A stretch of 64,000 nt of DNA from Sphagnum compactum (lineage: Eukaryota). The position numbers and the translations under genes were made by a program. Position 1 is the stretch's first letter. Every line of letters starts with the position of its first letter. A model generated the notes under the pieces. It was not told the DNA's origin. It saw only the letters and a list, made by a program, of their open reading frames with translations, and did not search any database. Of the stretch, positions 40,501 through 53,460 are shown piece by piece. The DNA lies in contig OZ234494.1 of NCBI GenBank assembly GCA_965153455.1, positions 4,836,001 through 4,900,000 of the forward strand, given 5' to 3'.

Positions 40501-42234
40501 TAAGTGAGCAGTTTCATTTCTCTGATTCATTTTACCTGTTACTTGCTCTGTAGACGTAGGTGTGAAGTTGCAGAGGAGATGGTGGAGAGGAACTTTGATC
40601 TGGCATTCCAACTCATATATGACTTCAATCTCACAGGTAGGAATGTCCTCACTTTTGTTTTGTAAACAACTCATTTTCTATTGTACCAAAATTGTGGATG
40701 CTTTGATATGGATATTCCTTGACAGCTCATATATAGATTTTTTGATTTGCTGCACAAATTTTTATTTGAAGTCCACATATCTGGTATCCCACATATTGAT
40801 TGGTCTCCTGTTTTTTGTGTGCAAACACAGCGGTGCCTATTTACGCAGGTGTGGCAGCCAATTTGGCAAAGAGAAAGAAGCTAAACCAGTTGATGGAGCT
40901 CTTGCCCAAAATTAAGGGCACCATAGATGATTATGACTGGGACCAGGTTCAACTGTTCTCCTTACTGCTTTGTGCTCTTCATATTTTCACATAAACAAAC
41001 AATTGAGTTGGGATATGATTCCTGTGGCTTGTCCAGTGTTAACCTTGTAAGTAAATAAAAAGTGTGATATCCACCCCATGCCCATTGCCAATACAGCAAA
41101 CAGTTTACATGCATTCACTTCCTATTTTTTATAGACATTGGTGGTTCTTTTGGTCCTGGGTATCTTATCTGTGGGCATTGGGTACAGGTTCTGGGTGCTG
41201 CAATTAATGTTGATCCAAATAAACGGGAGCGAGCACCGAGTCGCCTCATTGAGATGCTTTCAAGCAGCCACAGGCATGTCAATTCACCCCTAGCTCATTT
41301 GAATTGTAAGGTCTGTATTCACACCAGTGCTGTGTGGATATGATACTTGGTTATCAACTTTGAATTTGATATCACCAATTGTTGGTTCTCAGCCATTTTC
41401 ACCTATTTGATTCCAAGCCCACATTGATGTGAAAATTAATCCCCAGTTGGAAGGTTAGGAGCGGCATGTATGGGATAAGCAATACTGGCCTGAGGGGGGT
41501 ATGGGCTTCCTGGTAGCTTTATGAGTTCTGTTGTGATTCCTGACAAAATTTCATGACTTTTTGGTACCTCAATTTGACAGGTACAATGTGGTGGTATCAT
41601 GGTTTGAGGGTGTAACAGAGTTGATACATTTAGGTGTGCAATGTTGATGGGTCTTAGAAAGTGAATGAGAGCTGTAAGACACTTTTGTAGCTGTTTCTGT
41701 GGAAATGGTGTTCATGGAGTGGTTGTTACAGCTATGAAGCATACTCTTCAACTGAAGTGTTAAGATATTCAATGTGCCTGTTGTTTCTGGACTGTGTACA
41801 GCAAAGTGTTGGCATGTGTGATTTGGGGTCGGTTGAAAAATGCCTTTCAGATTGCTTCTCGCAGCGAGAGTGCATCTGATGTACAGTATGTAGCTCGTGA
41901 GGTAAGTACTCAACCAACCTTGGTTCTCATTAACTATGCTTTGGACCATCCACCCCAAGGATCTTGTTTTGGCACTCTAGGTAATAATCCATAAGGAATC
42001 CATCGTAAGTTGAGAGCACTGGCAGTTCAAGACATTCATCTAGCACTGTCCTTTCAGGACTCTTAATGAATCAGGCAGAGACAAATGTGTACCTGAGTCC
42101 AAGTAACTGGCTCTGCAGATGCTTTTTCCTTCCAAGTCACATCACTTTACTGGTGGATGCTTTCTCTGCAGGCACGGCAGTCAGGCTCCCTTGCAGTGTT
42201 GGATATGTGCAAGCAGTGGTTGGCATCACATTGA
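22508..42234 (+). CDS. ZFYVE26: Spastizin/ZFYVE26 (SPG15)-like large protein, AP-5 accessory family; ~38 exons
   Basis: The N-terminus MEGKEQHMLGGAIANYLFLSQFELMRATLLSL..NP and C-terminus KVLACVIWGRLKNAFQIASRSESASDVQYVAREARQSGSLAVLDMCKQWLASH* match the plant spastizin-like protein. Internal conserved blocks: DTTHDFNFF, YPLQLDVVKHLA, DPEGLALRLAGKGAVSAAL, LPLPWQQRCSALHEHPRLILE, EEWVLTGD, KDYVAAGLCCIQLFLNS. Exons traced from 22508-22964, 23705-24234, 24523-24665, 25063-25189 ... to 41188-41273, 41802-41901, 42172-42234. No stop or frameshift was seen at the junctions checked. Confidence 0.92.
23190..23470 (+). repeat. Intronic dispersed repeat, copy 1 (ZFYVE26 intron 1)
   Basis: Collinear similarity with 29690-29990: catgact.agtctt...cagaaactcag...cagatttttgt...gatgaa.tcagtg.ggagt...gatggtc...aaggttatgac...tgtggagt. 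Confidence 0.75.
29690..29990 (+). repeat. Intronic dispersed repeat, copy 2 (ZFYVE26 intron 13)
   Basis: Collinear similarity with 23190-23470. Confidence 0.75.
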
Positions 42235-43487
42235 GTTGAACTTGCTGTTTTTGACCTTAGTATAAAACTCAAGGGACTTCCCTTTCAAGACCTTTACTTG
42301 CTAAAGTCCAAAAGGCAATATTACTTGAGTTGATTGTATACCTTTCAAGGAATACCATGTTCCAAATGCAGCACTCAGGTATCTGATCTCAGCCCAAAGA
42401 ATACTTAATCCTCCTGGTTGCCAGCTACAGCAGATCTGGCCAGGCAATCACAGCATGGTGGGTTGACCATATTGTCTTCATTGTTCTGGTCAGCCACCAT
42501 GTATTTGCTCTTGCATAGAGTTACATATGACTGCTGCAATAGTACATTTTCTTGGATGGGCCTACTTGAATCACTAGCAGCAACAACACAAAAACAAGAG
42601 GTTAAATTTCTTTGCATCTTAAGGTTCAAAATACCACCCCTTGATGTTACACAGCCATCTTAGAGCCCACTGTTTTTGTTCCTGAACTTTGAGCTTACTT
42701 CTTTAGCTTCAGAGGAGCATTCACCCAACTAGATTTCTGTTTCTTGTTATTTAGGACATCTGCAGCATCGAGAGAGTTCAGAAGAATGGTTCAGAAAAGG
42801 AGTTTAGAAAAAAGGCTCTGAGTGGAAAACTTGTTCCATTAAGATAGCAACTCATTTTCTTTGCTTTGACATATTGTACATGTGGTAGTGAAAGAAATTG
42901 AATTGCAGAGAGACAAAAGGAGAGAGCTCCATTGACTGACAAGACAAAGTTCTTGTCAAAGATTTATAGCAGAGTAATCACTAGCAGGTAACAGTAGTAT
43001 ATGTTAGCTTACATGTTTAGAATGGTCACACAAAGTGTATATGGTTTGTTTAACTATTTCTCTCTATGGTTATAACAAACTTTCTCTCATTCTTTGAGAG
43101 ATGGAGACTTTAATGGTTAAAAGAATTGCAGGTAGGTGACATGAGGTTACATTTGGCTATTTGCCGTTTACTTTTGGGAGCAGTTTGTCCTTTGGTTTGG
43201 TTAGTGAATGTCTTGTTTCTCCTATTGAAAACCTGATACTGTACCTGCCATCAAGCTTTACTGTTGAATAGGTGACAACTATTGACAAAATGCCGAGGGT
43301 GCACATTGCATTGAATGGGTAGTGAGACTCATATGAAGCCTCCCAATTGTTGGTTACTGACGTTATGTCCTCATGAGGCCCTTGAAAGATATGACCCCAG
43401 CTGTGATCCTGGTGAAAAAAATTCTTTGACTTGGGTGGTGGGTACAGAGGCTCTCTCAAAACCACTTTTCAAATGATAAAGCTGCAG

Positions 43488-44413
43488 GAAGTGGGAGAGA
43501 TGACACAGCATCCAGGCCCAGAAGTCCAATTGTCTGGCAAGCAGCCAACTGAGGAAGAGAATTGTTGAGGAATATGCTTCAGAGCGATGAGGTATGAAAA
43601 CTCAATGAACTGCCTTTGCTTCTCATAATTGCACTGTCTTTGCAAAGTCAGTCTAAGGGGTTCCCCAACCGGCACTTGTGTGAATTGAGTTCACCTTTTT
43701 AGTTCTTCTCCTGCTGCTTTTCTCTGCATCACTGCAGGTTAACCTGATGTTGACTTGTTCCTTTTCTGGTTCTGATCCATTTGGATTCAGGACTTGAGTG
43801 ATTTCCTCCCTATATCTTTTAAGAAAGGGTACTAACAAGCACATGCCAAGTTCTTGTTGGACAACATCACAGTTATGGTCACTCGCATACTGTAGTGCAC
43901 AGCCATATCAAAACTGGGATCAGCTTGGGGCTCCTGAAGAAAGTGAATGGATGATGAGACATCCAGGAAACAAGATCATTGAGAAGTCTATCAGTTTATC
44001 TGGAACACTAGAAACACCTCTAAGATGTTTGAATGAAAATTCAATGGAGTGTAGATATTGACGCAGAAATATTACAAGGATTACATCTTGTGAAAAATAG
44101 TAGAGGCTTTGCTGTAGTGCAGATCTGCTCGATTTCCTCCACACAGCAATGTAGTGCTGACAAGAAGTAGTAGTATCTCCAGAAGCAATGCAGCAACCTG
44201 CAGGGTAGGAGTGGAGGCTTTGCAACCATCAATGATCCACAAGCTTTTCCAGATGAAGAAAATGTCAAATAGAGTGATGCCAATCTGCTGATAGAAAGAG
44301 CCCAGTGCTTTGAGAGGGGATTGCTGGGTCCTATGGGGGGCTTTGCTGGAAGCATCCATCATGAAGATAGACAACAGAGAAGACCAGTTGAGAATTTTGA
44401 AAAGCTTGTTGAG
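43488..44413 (+). pseudogene. Possible decayed exons of an unidentified gene
   Basis: Exon-like segments bounded by tgcag|...gag|gtatg (43488-43591) and ending ..GTTGAG|gtacgt (44413). The frame ..LQKQCSNLQGRSGGFATINDPQAFPDEENVK*SDANLLIERAQCFERGLLGPMGGFAGSIHHEDRQQRRPVENFEKLVE is interrupted by TAG codons. Family not recognised. Confidence 0.3.
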
Positions 44414-44429
44414 GTACGTCTGCAGCTGA

Positions 44430-44930
44430 ACCAACCTTCATTTTGTTCATCATCTTTCTTGGATTTCAACTTCCTTGAGTCCTCTCTTTCTTTCTTGACC
44501 TTCATTTCATCCATTTTGTTTCTCAGGTTTCTTCAACTTTCCCATATCCTACCTTCTCTCGCATTCCATTTCTCTTACTCAGAGTTTCAACTTTCACAAT
44601 TTTTTTAACCTTTCTCAACGTTTTATTTTATTCATTATCTTTTTCAAATTTGAACTTTTTTTCTTCTCATTTCTCCAAGTATTTGTTTCATCCATTTTTT
44701 TTCCTACATTGTAACTTTTTTGGATCTTGTTTTCACTAGCCTTCATTTCATCCATTTTATTTCCTAGATTTGAATGTCTTGGATCATATCTTTCTTGACC
44801 TTCGTTTCATGTATTTACCTTTGTGTCAAGTCAACTTTCTTGGATCTTATTTTTCATAGCTTTCATTGCATCCATTATTATCTTCCTTAGATTCAACTTT
44901 CCAAATTTTTCCTTTTTAATTCCATGACCA
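44430..44930. repeat. Degenerate ~58-60 bp pyrimidine-rich tandem array
   Basis: Recurring ccttcatttcatccattttntttcctagattcaactttcttggatc. Confidence 0.75.
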
Positions 44931-45290
44931 ATGTATCATAGAGTGTTTCACTCTCTTGAATTCTATCTCCATTCCATTCAAAATTTTCTCCATATCCAAT
45001 TTTATTTTCTTAATTCAAATTTCCAGACCCCACATAATCACACAACCATCTTTTGTCAGTTCTTTAATTGCCTTTTTACTTACATCTCATCCAATGTTTC
45101 AACTTTTTCACTCAGTCTTCTTTTTGCATCCATTGTCCAACTTTTTCAACCCATATACAATCCAATGGGCATATATGGTTCCATTAAGATGGAAGGTTTT
45201 AAGATAAATCAATTTTGGCTTCGGTCCAAACTTTTGAATGCCCATTTAGGGCAGAATTATGACCATTGTAAGAAGCCTCCCCAAAATGTG

Positions 45291-45367
45291 TAAATGCAAA
45301 ATGCATCATCTCGTGTTGTGCATTTGTAAAATGCAAAATGCATCATCTTGTGTTGTGCATTTGTAAT
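45291..45367. repeat. 37-bp direct tandem duplication
   Basis: aaatgcaaaatgcatcatctYgtgttgtgcatttgtaa occurs twice. Confidence 0.9.
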
Positions 45368-46049
45368 AAATAATAACCCAATAGTTTTCAATTTTCAACA
45401 ATTTTGACAAATATTAATAAAAACTTCTCTTCTTTTCAGCTTGATCGTTTGTGAATTATTTTGTGCTGAAACATCAAAATTATTTTTTGAGCTATAAGTT
45501 TTCGAAGCTGACCACTTGGGGATATCTGTTTTTCAGGTTGCCTGGTAGGAGGAGATAAGAAGGCGGGTTCAAAATTCAAAAGGATGATTTAAACTTCAAT
45601 TATGTGATCATGAGGGACGAAGCAATATCTGGTTTTGTTCCTTCACTCTGAACCAGTGTTGGGTGGTTTTTGGAAATTTTCAAGAACTTGCAAGTTTGGG
45701 TTTTCTTGGGTAACTTTAAAGAACCGTCCTAATTAGAATTTATTTTATTTATTTTAAATCACATTTGCCCTTAATAAACTGACGAGGGTTTCAGTTTTTT
45801 TTTCTTTTTTTTTCTTTTGCTGGTTCTGACAAATTTTGAAGACTCGGTTTTCCTGAATGATTCTTTCAATCCCTAGTTCACCTTTTGTTAGTAAGTGATA
45901 ATTTTTTCAAAGAAAAAGAAAAAAAATTTGAAATTAATCAATATCAAATTATTAGAATGAGGAACTCATCATGTTACCCATTACAAGATTACAACTCCAC
46001 AACCTCATCTCATTCAAATTCCCCTACAAATTTAATTTTTTTAACTCTT

Positions 46050-47900
46050 TTTTTTTTCTCGGTTAGGTCTACCAAGTTAAAAGGTGCACTACAATCTTAT
46101 TCTAAGATCATTGGGTCAAATTTTTTTTTTGCAAAAATCAACTTTTTCAAATTGCCTAATTGCAATATGCATTCCCTCAAGTTTGTAAGTATTTCAACTA
46201 AAGAATATATATATATATATATATATTTCAATTTGTGACCCTATAATGTCAAGAACTTGTCAAGTTAGAAAGACCATTGTTAGGAACATCATTTCATATT
46301 CTTTCCATCAATCCAAAAGACATTTAATATCCTTCACATATCCATTTGAAAACATCGAAAAATCTACAACTCCCAATTAAGAAGTTCCATTGTTGGTTTC
46401 ACTTGTTTCAACAATCATTTTGAAAATGTCCAAACTATAATCCTCATCAATCACTTCATTTGATACAGCTCCATATTCAACCAAAGGATGTGATATTTAA
46501 TGACATTTCATGAATATCGAGAGAAAAAATTTCTTATCATATTCTTCTACAATATAGCAACACCTTGCTTGCGTCCAATGAATGAGAGGAGATTAAATAA
46601 AGGCTTTTAAATATGGGGTCTAATATCAAAGATTCCATGTTTTTTATTTTTCATTTTTCTTCATTTTTTTGAAGGAATGAAACGAAAAAATCCAAAAAAT
46701 ATATATTTCTTTTTTTATCTAGATGTAAATAAGTTTAATTCTCCATCAATAATAGGATCTTTTTCATTAAGCTTTTTATAGAGGAAAAGAAATTCACATT
46801 CATGGTCATGGCAACATGCAATGCATCATTAAATAATCAAGAACCATGTGACTAATTCAAAACACAAACATGAACAACTTGAGAAATAAATTCGACAATA
46901 ATTTGTGAAATATGCCAAATTAGAAGAAATGGAACATGCTCAAAAATCCTCATTGTGATCTACGTGCTATAACACAAAAATAGCCTTTTAAAATTGTATA
47001 GCTTCCTAAAACATGATAATCTTGCTATTAAATCTTTAAAAAATCAAAAATTCAAATTACTATTCCATCAATAGATTAACAAAAAGAAAAAAATTCAAAT
47101 TTTCAAAAATGTTTAATATTATCTTGTCTTCATAAGAATATTCAACTTTCTTGGAAGAAAATTGGCATTCATGCAAGCTTTATTCCATTCCTACCTAGTC
47201 TTATCATATTTCTTTAGCCAGGTAATGCATTTTTGTAAATATAATTGCATAGATTTTATGGAGACATATTTGAAACCTTTGCACATTTTTTCATCTAGTG
47301 CAACATATTATCAACCTTTGAAAAATGCATGGCCAAAACAAGTGCCTTGAATTTTTTTTCTTCCATGCCCATTGCTTCATAATTCACAATAGATTTTAGT
47401 GTTGTAATAAAGGCATTTCAAGTGGAACCCTCATCTTTTACATATGCAATGATTTTTGCTTACAAATTGTACAGATAAAAAAGGTCAATCAAATTTGTTA
47501 CAAGGCCTATCTAATCGCTTTAATAGTTTCAAAAAGACCAATAATGATATGTCTTTGTTCCCAATCTGCTCTTAAGAAATTAATAAATGCAAAAATGTCA
47601 TGGGCTCCCTTAAGCATTCATAAATCAAAATTAGATGTTGCATAATTAGATTTTACTAACAGTTTCCGGAAACATTACATCTTTTTGGTGTTCTTCACCA
47701 AATTTGATAACATGTCTTGTGAAAATTAGTTTTCTTGAAGGGAGAACCATTTGAGGACATAGAAGCATAACCATGCATTTCAATCATGGGCTCTTTACAA
47801 GCTACAATGGCAAATGATTTTTCAATATCAACAGGCTAAGGTCTTCCAAAAAGCTTTTATGTTGAACATCATCCTCATTGTTTTGGCATAGGTAGAAGCG
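46050..47900 (-). mobile_element. hAT-superfamily DNA transposase remnant (copy A)
   Basis: Minus strand reads FQGTCFGHAFFKG**YVALDEKMCKGFKYVSIKSMQLYLQKCITWLKK..EWNKAC..PRKLNILMKTR. The C-terminal dimerisation domain KDIKCLLD*WKEYEMMF..QVLDIIGSQIE..SLVEILTNLRECILQLGNLKKLIF..PNDLRI is also present. Many stops. Confidence 0.85.
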
Positions 47901-48096
47901 AGAGTCATTGAGCTCAGAAAGTTTCAATGTGGTTTGTCAACTTTTAACTTAGATTCAAGCATGTTGACTGGAATGGGGTGGGAATGTAAGGTCTGAGCAT
48001 TTATCAATGAGATATTTGTGTAGATTGTGGGGTGTGCATCTTGGGCAGGTATTACATGTTTCTACCTCTAATATTGCTTTGGCCATTTTGTGCCAG

Positions 48097-49888
48097 GTCT
48101 GCCTTGTTCATGACAAGGATTCCAGGAAGCCCCGTGGCTATGCATTCATTGAATATCAGCATACTCGGGACATGAAGAGTATGTACATGTTACTTTTTGG
48201 AAGTTTGGATGGCTGCATTTGGTGGTGACGTGTTTATAGATTATTGCTGTCCATGAATTATACTTCTTGTGGAGAGAGGGTCAAAGAATGAGCATCTGCT
48301 TGAGATGTGTCCTATATTCAGTTGTGTCCTAAGTCTGAACTGTGCTAAACCATATCCACTTTGTGGTAGATTCTTGCTAGAGCTCTGCAGCTTAGAACTC
48401 ATTTTCTGGCTATTTTGTGCAGCTGCTTACAAACAGGCAGATGGCCGAAAGATTGACAATCGGAGAGTTCTTGTGGATGTTGAGCGAGCCCGGACTGTCC
48501 CAAATTGGCGGCCTCGTCGGCTGGGCGGGGGTCTTGGGTCAACTCGGGTTGGAGGGGATGCAGAAGTACTCTGGCCGGTAAGACTAACAAAGTGCATCAT
48601 CTGGTGGCCACCAGATACAAAATGTGTCAGGTGGGCCCTGATGATCACCTGTTGATCACCAGATCTACAAAACATATCGAGTGACCACCAGATCATACTT
48701 CTATCTGGTGGTCATGAGGTGGGAAAGAAGTGTTTCCCTTCACCTAGATGGAGGTTTGTCACTCTATCATGTCAGCCAATGTAGAGCAGAAATACTCTGC
48801 TCTACATAGGGGACTTTGAGGAACTTTTATAGGAAAGGTTTCTAGATACAGGTACAACGGTGAGTTTGATAATTCTGGAGAACCAGTGTGGTTTAGCTCA
48901 CAAGATGACTGTAAGTTGACCTAAGTACTGCATGCTGGTCAAGGCATAGCTAATATTATCTCTGAGTTGGTATGTCATTGTGTATGGCAGGGAGCCCCAA
49001 CTTGTTACAGCCACAACAAACACAAGGTCTGAAGAACCAAAGGCACGTGAATCTGAGCAAGTCATAGACGAGAGGTACTTTTACCCAATATTCTTTTTCC
49101 TGCATGAGGTAGTCTCCTCTACCAACCTTAAGTTCCAAACATTTGTTGGGGTGAACTTTATCTAGCTGCCCTGAAGCATAGGGTACCAGGTGTACGCTGG
49201 AGACTTCATTTCTACCTTCTACCTCACTCCTCTGTCTTCTGCAAACTGATTACTACTCTGTACTCCATCACTATTCAGTTAAACATACGTAGGTAGGGAA
49301 GGTTGGCTTGTGATTTCTGTGTCTTGTATCTAGTTCAAGCCTGTTTTCAAACTTCCTTTGCTAAGGGTTGAAGACTTTTCTGCGGCCCTGTGTTCACCAG
49401 TCAGTGTTTGTGGGCAACCATGCATTCCCATTCCAGTCTTGTTTTGCTAGTCATCTGGTTTTGTTTTGAGGACTTAAATGCTAAAGTTCTCTCCTTGTCT
49501 TGCTGTTGATGTTCTTGAACTTTCTCTATCTGTGCCACCATTTTTACTCGACATATATATCTGTTTGCAGGGAGCCTGAAAAGCTAGATAAGCGTGAGAA
49601 GGATCGCGAGCGAGAGAAGGAGAGAGATGGGGAGAGGGATCATGAGCGTGACCGAGAGCGTGAACGTGAAAAGGAGAGAGGAGATGGTGAAAGAGACCGT
49701 GATCGTGAACGTGATTCTGAGAGACTGCGTGATCGTGACCGTGATCGTGGGGAAAGGGAGCGAGGTGGTGGCCGTGAAAGGGATCGTGGAGGACGAGACC
49801 GGGAACGCTATTATGAGCGTGATCGTGAGAGAGAGAGGGAAAGAGATCATGGTGACCGGTCTCACTCACGGGATCGGGAACGAGAGAG
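48097..49888 (+). pseudogene. U1-70K: U1 snRNP 70K (U1-70K) copy, 5'-truncated and frameshifted
   Basis: Exons 48097-48178 (VCLVHDKDSRKPRGYAFIEYQHTRDMK, with RNP1), 48423-48577 ([45 protein letters not shown]), 48991-49074 and 49571-49888 (RD/RE-rich). The expected continuation QKYSGR|EPQ is out of frame with the RRM. No N-terminal/RNP2 exons are seen upstream, where a hAT remnant lies. Confidence 0.8.
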
Positions 49889-52129
49889 GTAAGTAAGTGT
49901 GTAGGGTCATTTGACTTTTGTAGTCTATGCATGAAATGGCAGATTTCTGTGCAATATCTTGGAAAAGGCGCCATTTGAGTTCTGATGTTTGAGGTTGTTT
50001 TTCCTGGTCTCTAGTGATGTCATAAGATCTGGATATCAGGTATCCAGCACGGTTGAGTTATGAAAACTCACACTTCCCTATACAACTTCCATTGCAGAGA
50101 TCGTTGGTGTGGAGGTTTGAAGGCAACATGAGGTGGTAAGTGAGGTTTTGAAATGCAGAGGTGGGGCTTCATGATTACAAGGAGCTCACCTACAAGGTTA
50201 CCTTCACTTAATATTTTTGTTACTGTCTGGGTCAAGCTCTGTTTTGTTGAGGTTATGCACAGAGACACCCAGTTAGGAAGGACATGCCAGTGAATGGAGC
50301 TTCTGCTTGTATGGTATGCCAGACATTGGAAATCTGTTTTCTTCTTTCAATTGTCAGATTTCCAATGGGGCTGCTGGTCATCCTACAAGCTTGAAGGTAT
50401 GTTATATGTAGGTCATGAGCATGTTTGGAAGTATAGCTTGTCATGAGTGTAGAGTCACTGGAAACTGGTTGTGCTATTGAAGTGGGTGTCATTGATGAAC
50501 ATCTCCATCATACATTACCTAGCCACACCTAGATGTCATGTAGTGTTGGCAATCATTGTTTTCACATGGTGTCCACAAGCTTTGGCAGGTGGTGAAGAGT
50601 GTCACTTTTGAGTGGTTGGACACATTGTTTTGTCTACTGTGAAGTGTACTGGAAAATCTTTTGAAGCTTCCTGGGCTATGTTGTGTTGCTGCCTATGGTA
50701 TTACAAACAGTTTTAGCATTCTTAAGGTGTCTGTTTTTTAAGAACATGTAATAACATGAGGTTGAAGCAGGACACTCTGATTCATGCTCAATGTGAAAGC
50801 ATTCTTCTGATCAGGTCATGCAATAGAATGACATTGACTCTACTGGCAAGAGCAGTAGCATGTCCTTCCATCTTTTCTCTGGTGGTTGTAGCAGGTGCAA
50901 TTTGGTTGCACTAATTTCTCCCAAAATCTTTTTCATGGTTTTCACACATGAGATAGCCAGCTCAATCCTGTTGTCATCAGCTTTTGTATGTTTGTGGAAT
51001 TGAATGTTTATGGAGTTGGATTTGAGTGAACAACCTCCATGATAGCTGTGAGCACAGGAGAGTGGTTTAGTGAGTTTTGAATATGCAAGGAGCTCAAGAA
51101 TGGTAAAGAAAGAGTAAGATTTGCCAAGAATAATGATACCATTTTGCCAAATAGCTTGTCTCTGAATTGGCAGTTCCTTTGTGAGCCCAGGAGTTACTCT
51201 TTATTTCTCTGTGGACCAAAATTCATCTAGGCCTCATTAATTCCTTCCATACTTGATATGTTATAGGGGCCACTGTGTTGTGATTGTGCATGCTGTTGGC
51301 AGTTTTCGTGCAAGATGGGTGCGAGGGAAATCTTACTTTGACCTGCATTGTGCCATTTAATATCTTGCTGAATGTTATTGAATGATCGTGTAAATTTGTC
51401 TTCGCATCTCTTCACAAAGTAAGAAAGTTACCACTTTTTTTTGGATAAGAAAGTTATATTCAAATTGGTTTCCTGATCAACTCTTTTGTACATATTTACT
51501 GGGACCAGTGCTCTGCATATTGGTTTGATGAATAGAACCATCTGGATCATGAGAGATGATGAAACCACCAAACATTAGTTAGGTGATTTAATCATACTCA
51601 ATTTATGAAGAAAGCAGGGACACCTGCAAAGTTGGTTTCAAGCTTAACTCAAATGGCACACCTTTGGGATGCAAAGTGTCTTCCCTCTGGTTAGACCTAA
51701 TGGACGAAGTGACCTTCAACAAGCCATAATTTGACTGAGCTGATGATAAAAAAAACTAAGCCAATTTGACAAGGTTTGGTGGAGAAAAGGGTTCACAGGC
51801 TCAGCCTGGAAGTTGTCAGAGCTTTCCCTTTCTCTGCCATTCTGCCAATAAATCATGCCTTGAAATTTATACTTGTTTGATGATTTTGGACACAGCTAAA
51901 AAACCTGGAAAAGTGGTGATGTAATTGAGTTGGTTACCTTTTTCAGCTGCCTGCAAAAGTATTTCATAGGAAGGACAAGTAGGTCCATTTGTTCATTGCC
52001 TCTGTCTAAGGGACTATCATAGTCTTTTGCAATAATCATGGCACCATTCCATGTGTTGTGAAGTGGCCCATTTGCCTTGCAAATTTTACACAATGCTGCC
52101 ATGCAACTATGGACATCCTACATTACTGT

Positions 52130-53460
52130 TGTTGCACACACCCAAAATTTCAAATCTACTTTTTGCTCCATCTAGACCTCAAAATCTAATCACTTCGTTC
52201 CTTCTCATTATATCCAACTTCAATGATGTCACCATGCTTGTTTACCAAAAAAATTCCATCTTTCTACATTTCAAGACATTATTATTTTTGGCAAAGTTTT
52301 CAAAAGAAAAAAAAAAGGAAATCTTTTCTCAAGTTGAAAGTTACCTTGTCTTCATTAGGGTATTAAGTTTCCTTGGGCAAAGGCTTAAATCAATACTTGG
52401 TCTATTCCACTTTTGTTTGTCTTTCCTAGATTTATTGGGTTAGGTTATGCACTTTTAAAATTCTCTTTTGCAAACTTGATAAATGCATATTTCAAGCTTT
52501 TCCAGACTTTTTCATACAATGTCACATATTGACATGTTTTAAAAAATGCATTGCTAAAAAAACTTGTTTTGAATTTTTTTCCAAATCCAATATTTCACAA
52601 CCTATGACTAATCTTAGTGGAGTTATAATATTGGAGTTAAATCTTTCATCTTTCGCATAGGCAATGATTTAAATCATATTGTTCTAGCAACTCAGTAAAA
52701 TTTCAAAATTTTAAATAAATATTTCCCTATAGGTTTTATAGTTTCAAATTTTTTGGTAATACATTTTGGCTATCAATCAACTCCCAAAAAATTAATCACA
52801 AGTGCAAAAATATGATGAACATTTTCTAACATTCACAAACCAAAGCTTGTAAGTATAAAAATACCTTTTTGTCAAGATTTAAAACATATAACTATTTCAT
52901 TTTTTCCACCACCTTAGGTAGTATCTTTTGTGAAAATTGCTTTTCGGACGAAAATACAATTCTTTGACATAAACGCATAGTCAAATGCTTCAATCACACA
53001 TTTTTCACAAATTGCACATGCAAATGATTTTTAACAATTAAAAGGTCAAGGTCTTTCAAGATTGTTTTTAATGCACATCATCTTTTTTCAAAGAATATTT
53101 TGTAACAAAAAAAAGAATTGAACTTCTAGGCACATAGGCCTTTCTTTTCTGGCTTGTTGCCTCTCCACGATTCCTCTCGAAAGGTTATTCATTCCTTTCT
53201 CATATTTTTGTAATGATAGAATGGTTTACATTCACATTTTTGTTTTCCAGCGATGTTATCCCATTTAATTTATTCTAAAATATTAATATATTTTTTCCTT
53301 TATCTTTTGGGTTTGGAACTAAGACTAAACTATTATAACAAAAAATACACTACGTGGTTTGGGCACAAGAAACATCAACATCTTTGTTGTCATTCACACC
53401 AAAAACCCCAACACAATGCATTCTTGCTATATAGTTTTTAAACTTTTGTTTTAAACATGC
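52130..53460 (-). mobile_element. hAT-superfamily DNA transposase remnant (copy B, N-terminal to middle part)
   Basis: Minus strand reads ALCWGF..VNDNKDVDVSCAQTT*CIFCYN (zinc-finger-like start) and FFSNAFFKTCQYVTLYEKVWKSLKYAFIK..KCIT*PNKSRKDKQKWNRPSIDLSLCPRKLNTLMKTR. It is homologous to copy A. Confidence 0.8.

Noticed and set aside
43157-43465. Minus-strand ORF with VTYSTVKLDGRYSIRFSIG, reminiscent of the C-terminus of PLP-dependent aromatic amino acid decarboxylases
   Set aside because: The similarity is short and flanking sequence does not extend it. It cannot be supported without a search.
49474-49974. His/Asp-rich and Ile/Thr/Val-rich ORFs on other frames
   Set aside because: These are shadow frames of the low-complexity RD/RE exon of U1-70K.
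50480-51130. Possible degenerate LINE reverse-transcriptase fragment (DQKNAF on the minus strand)
   Set aside because: Only one weak motif; no QG or YADD motif found.
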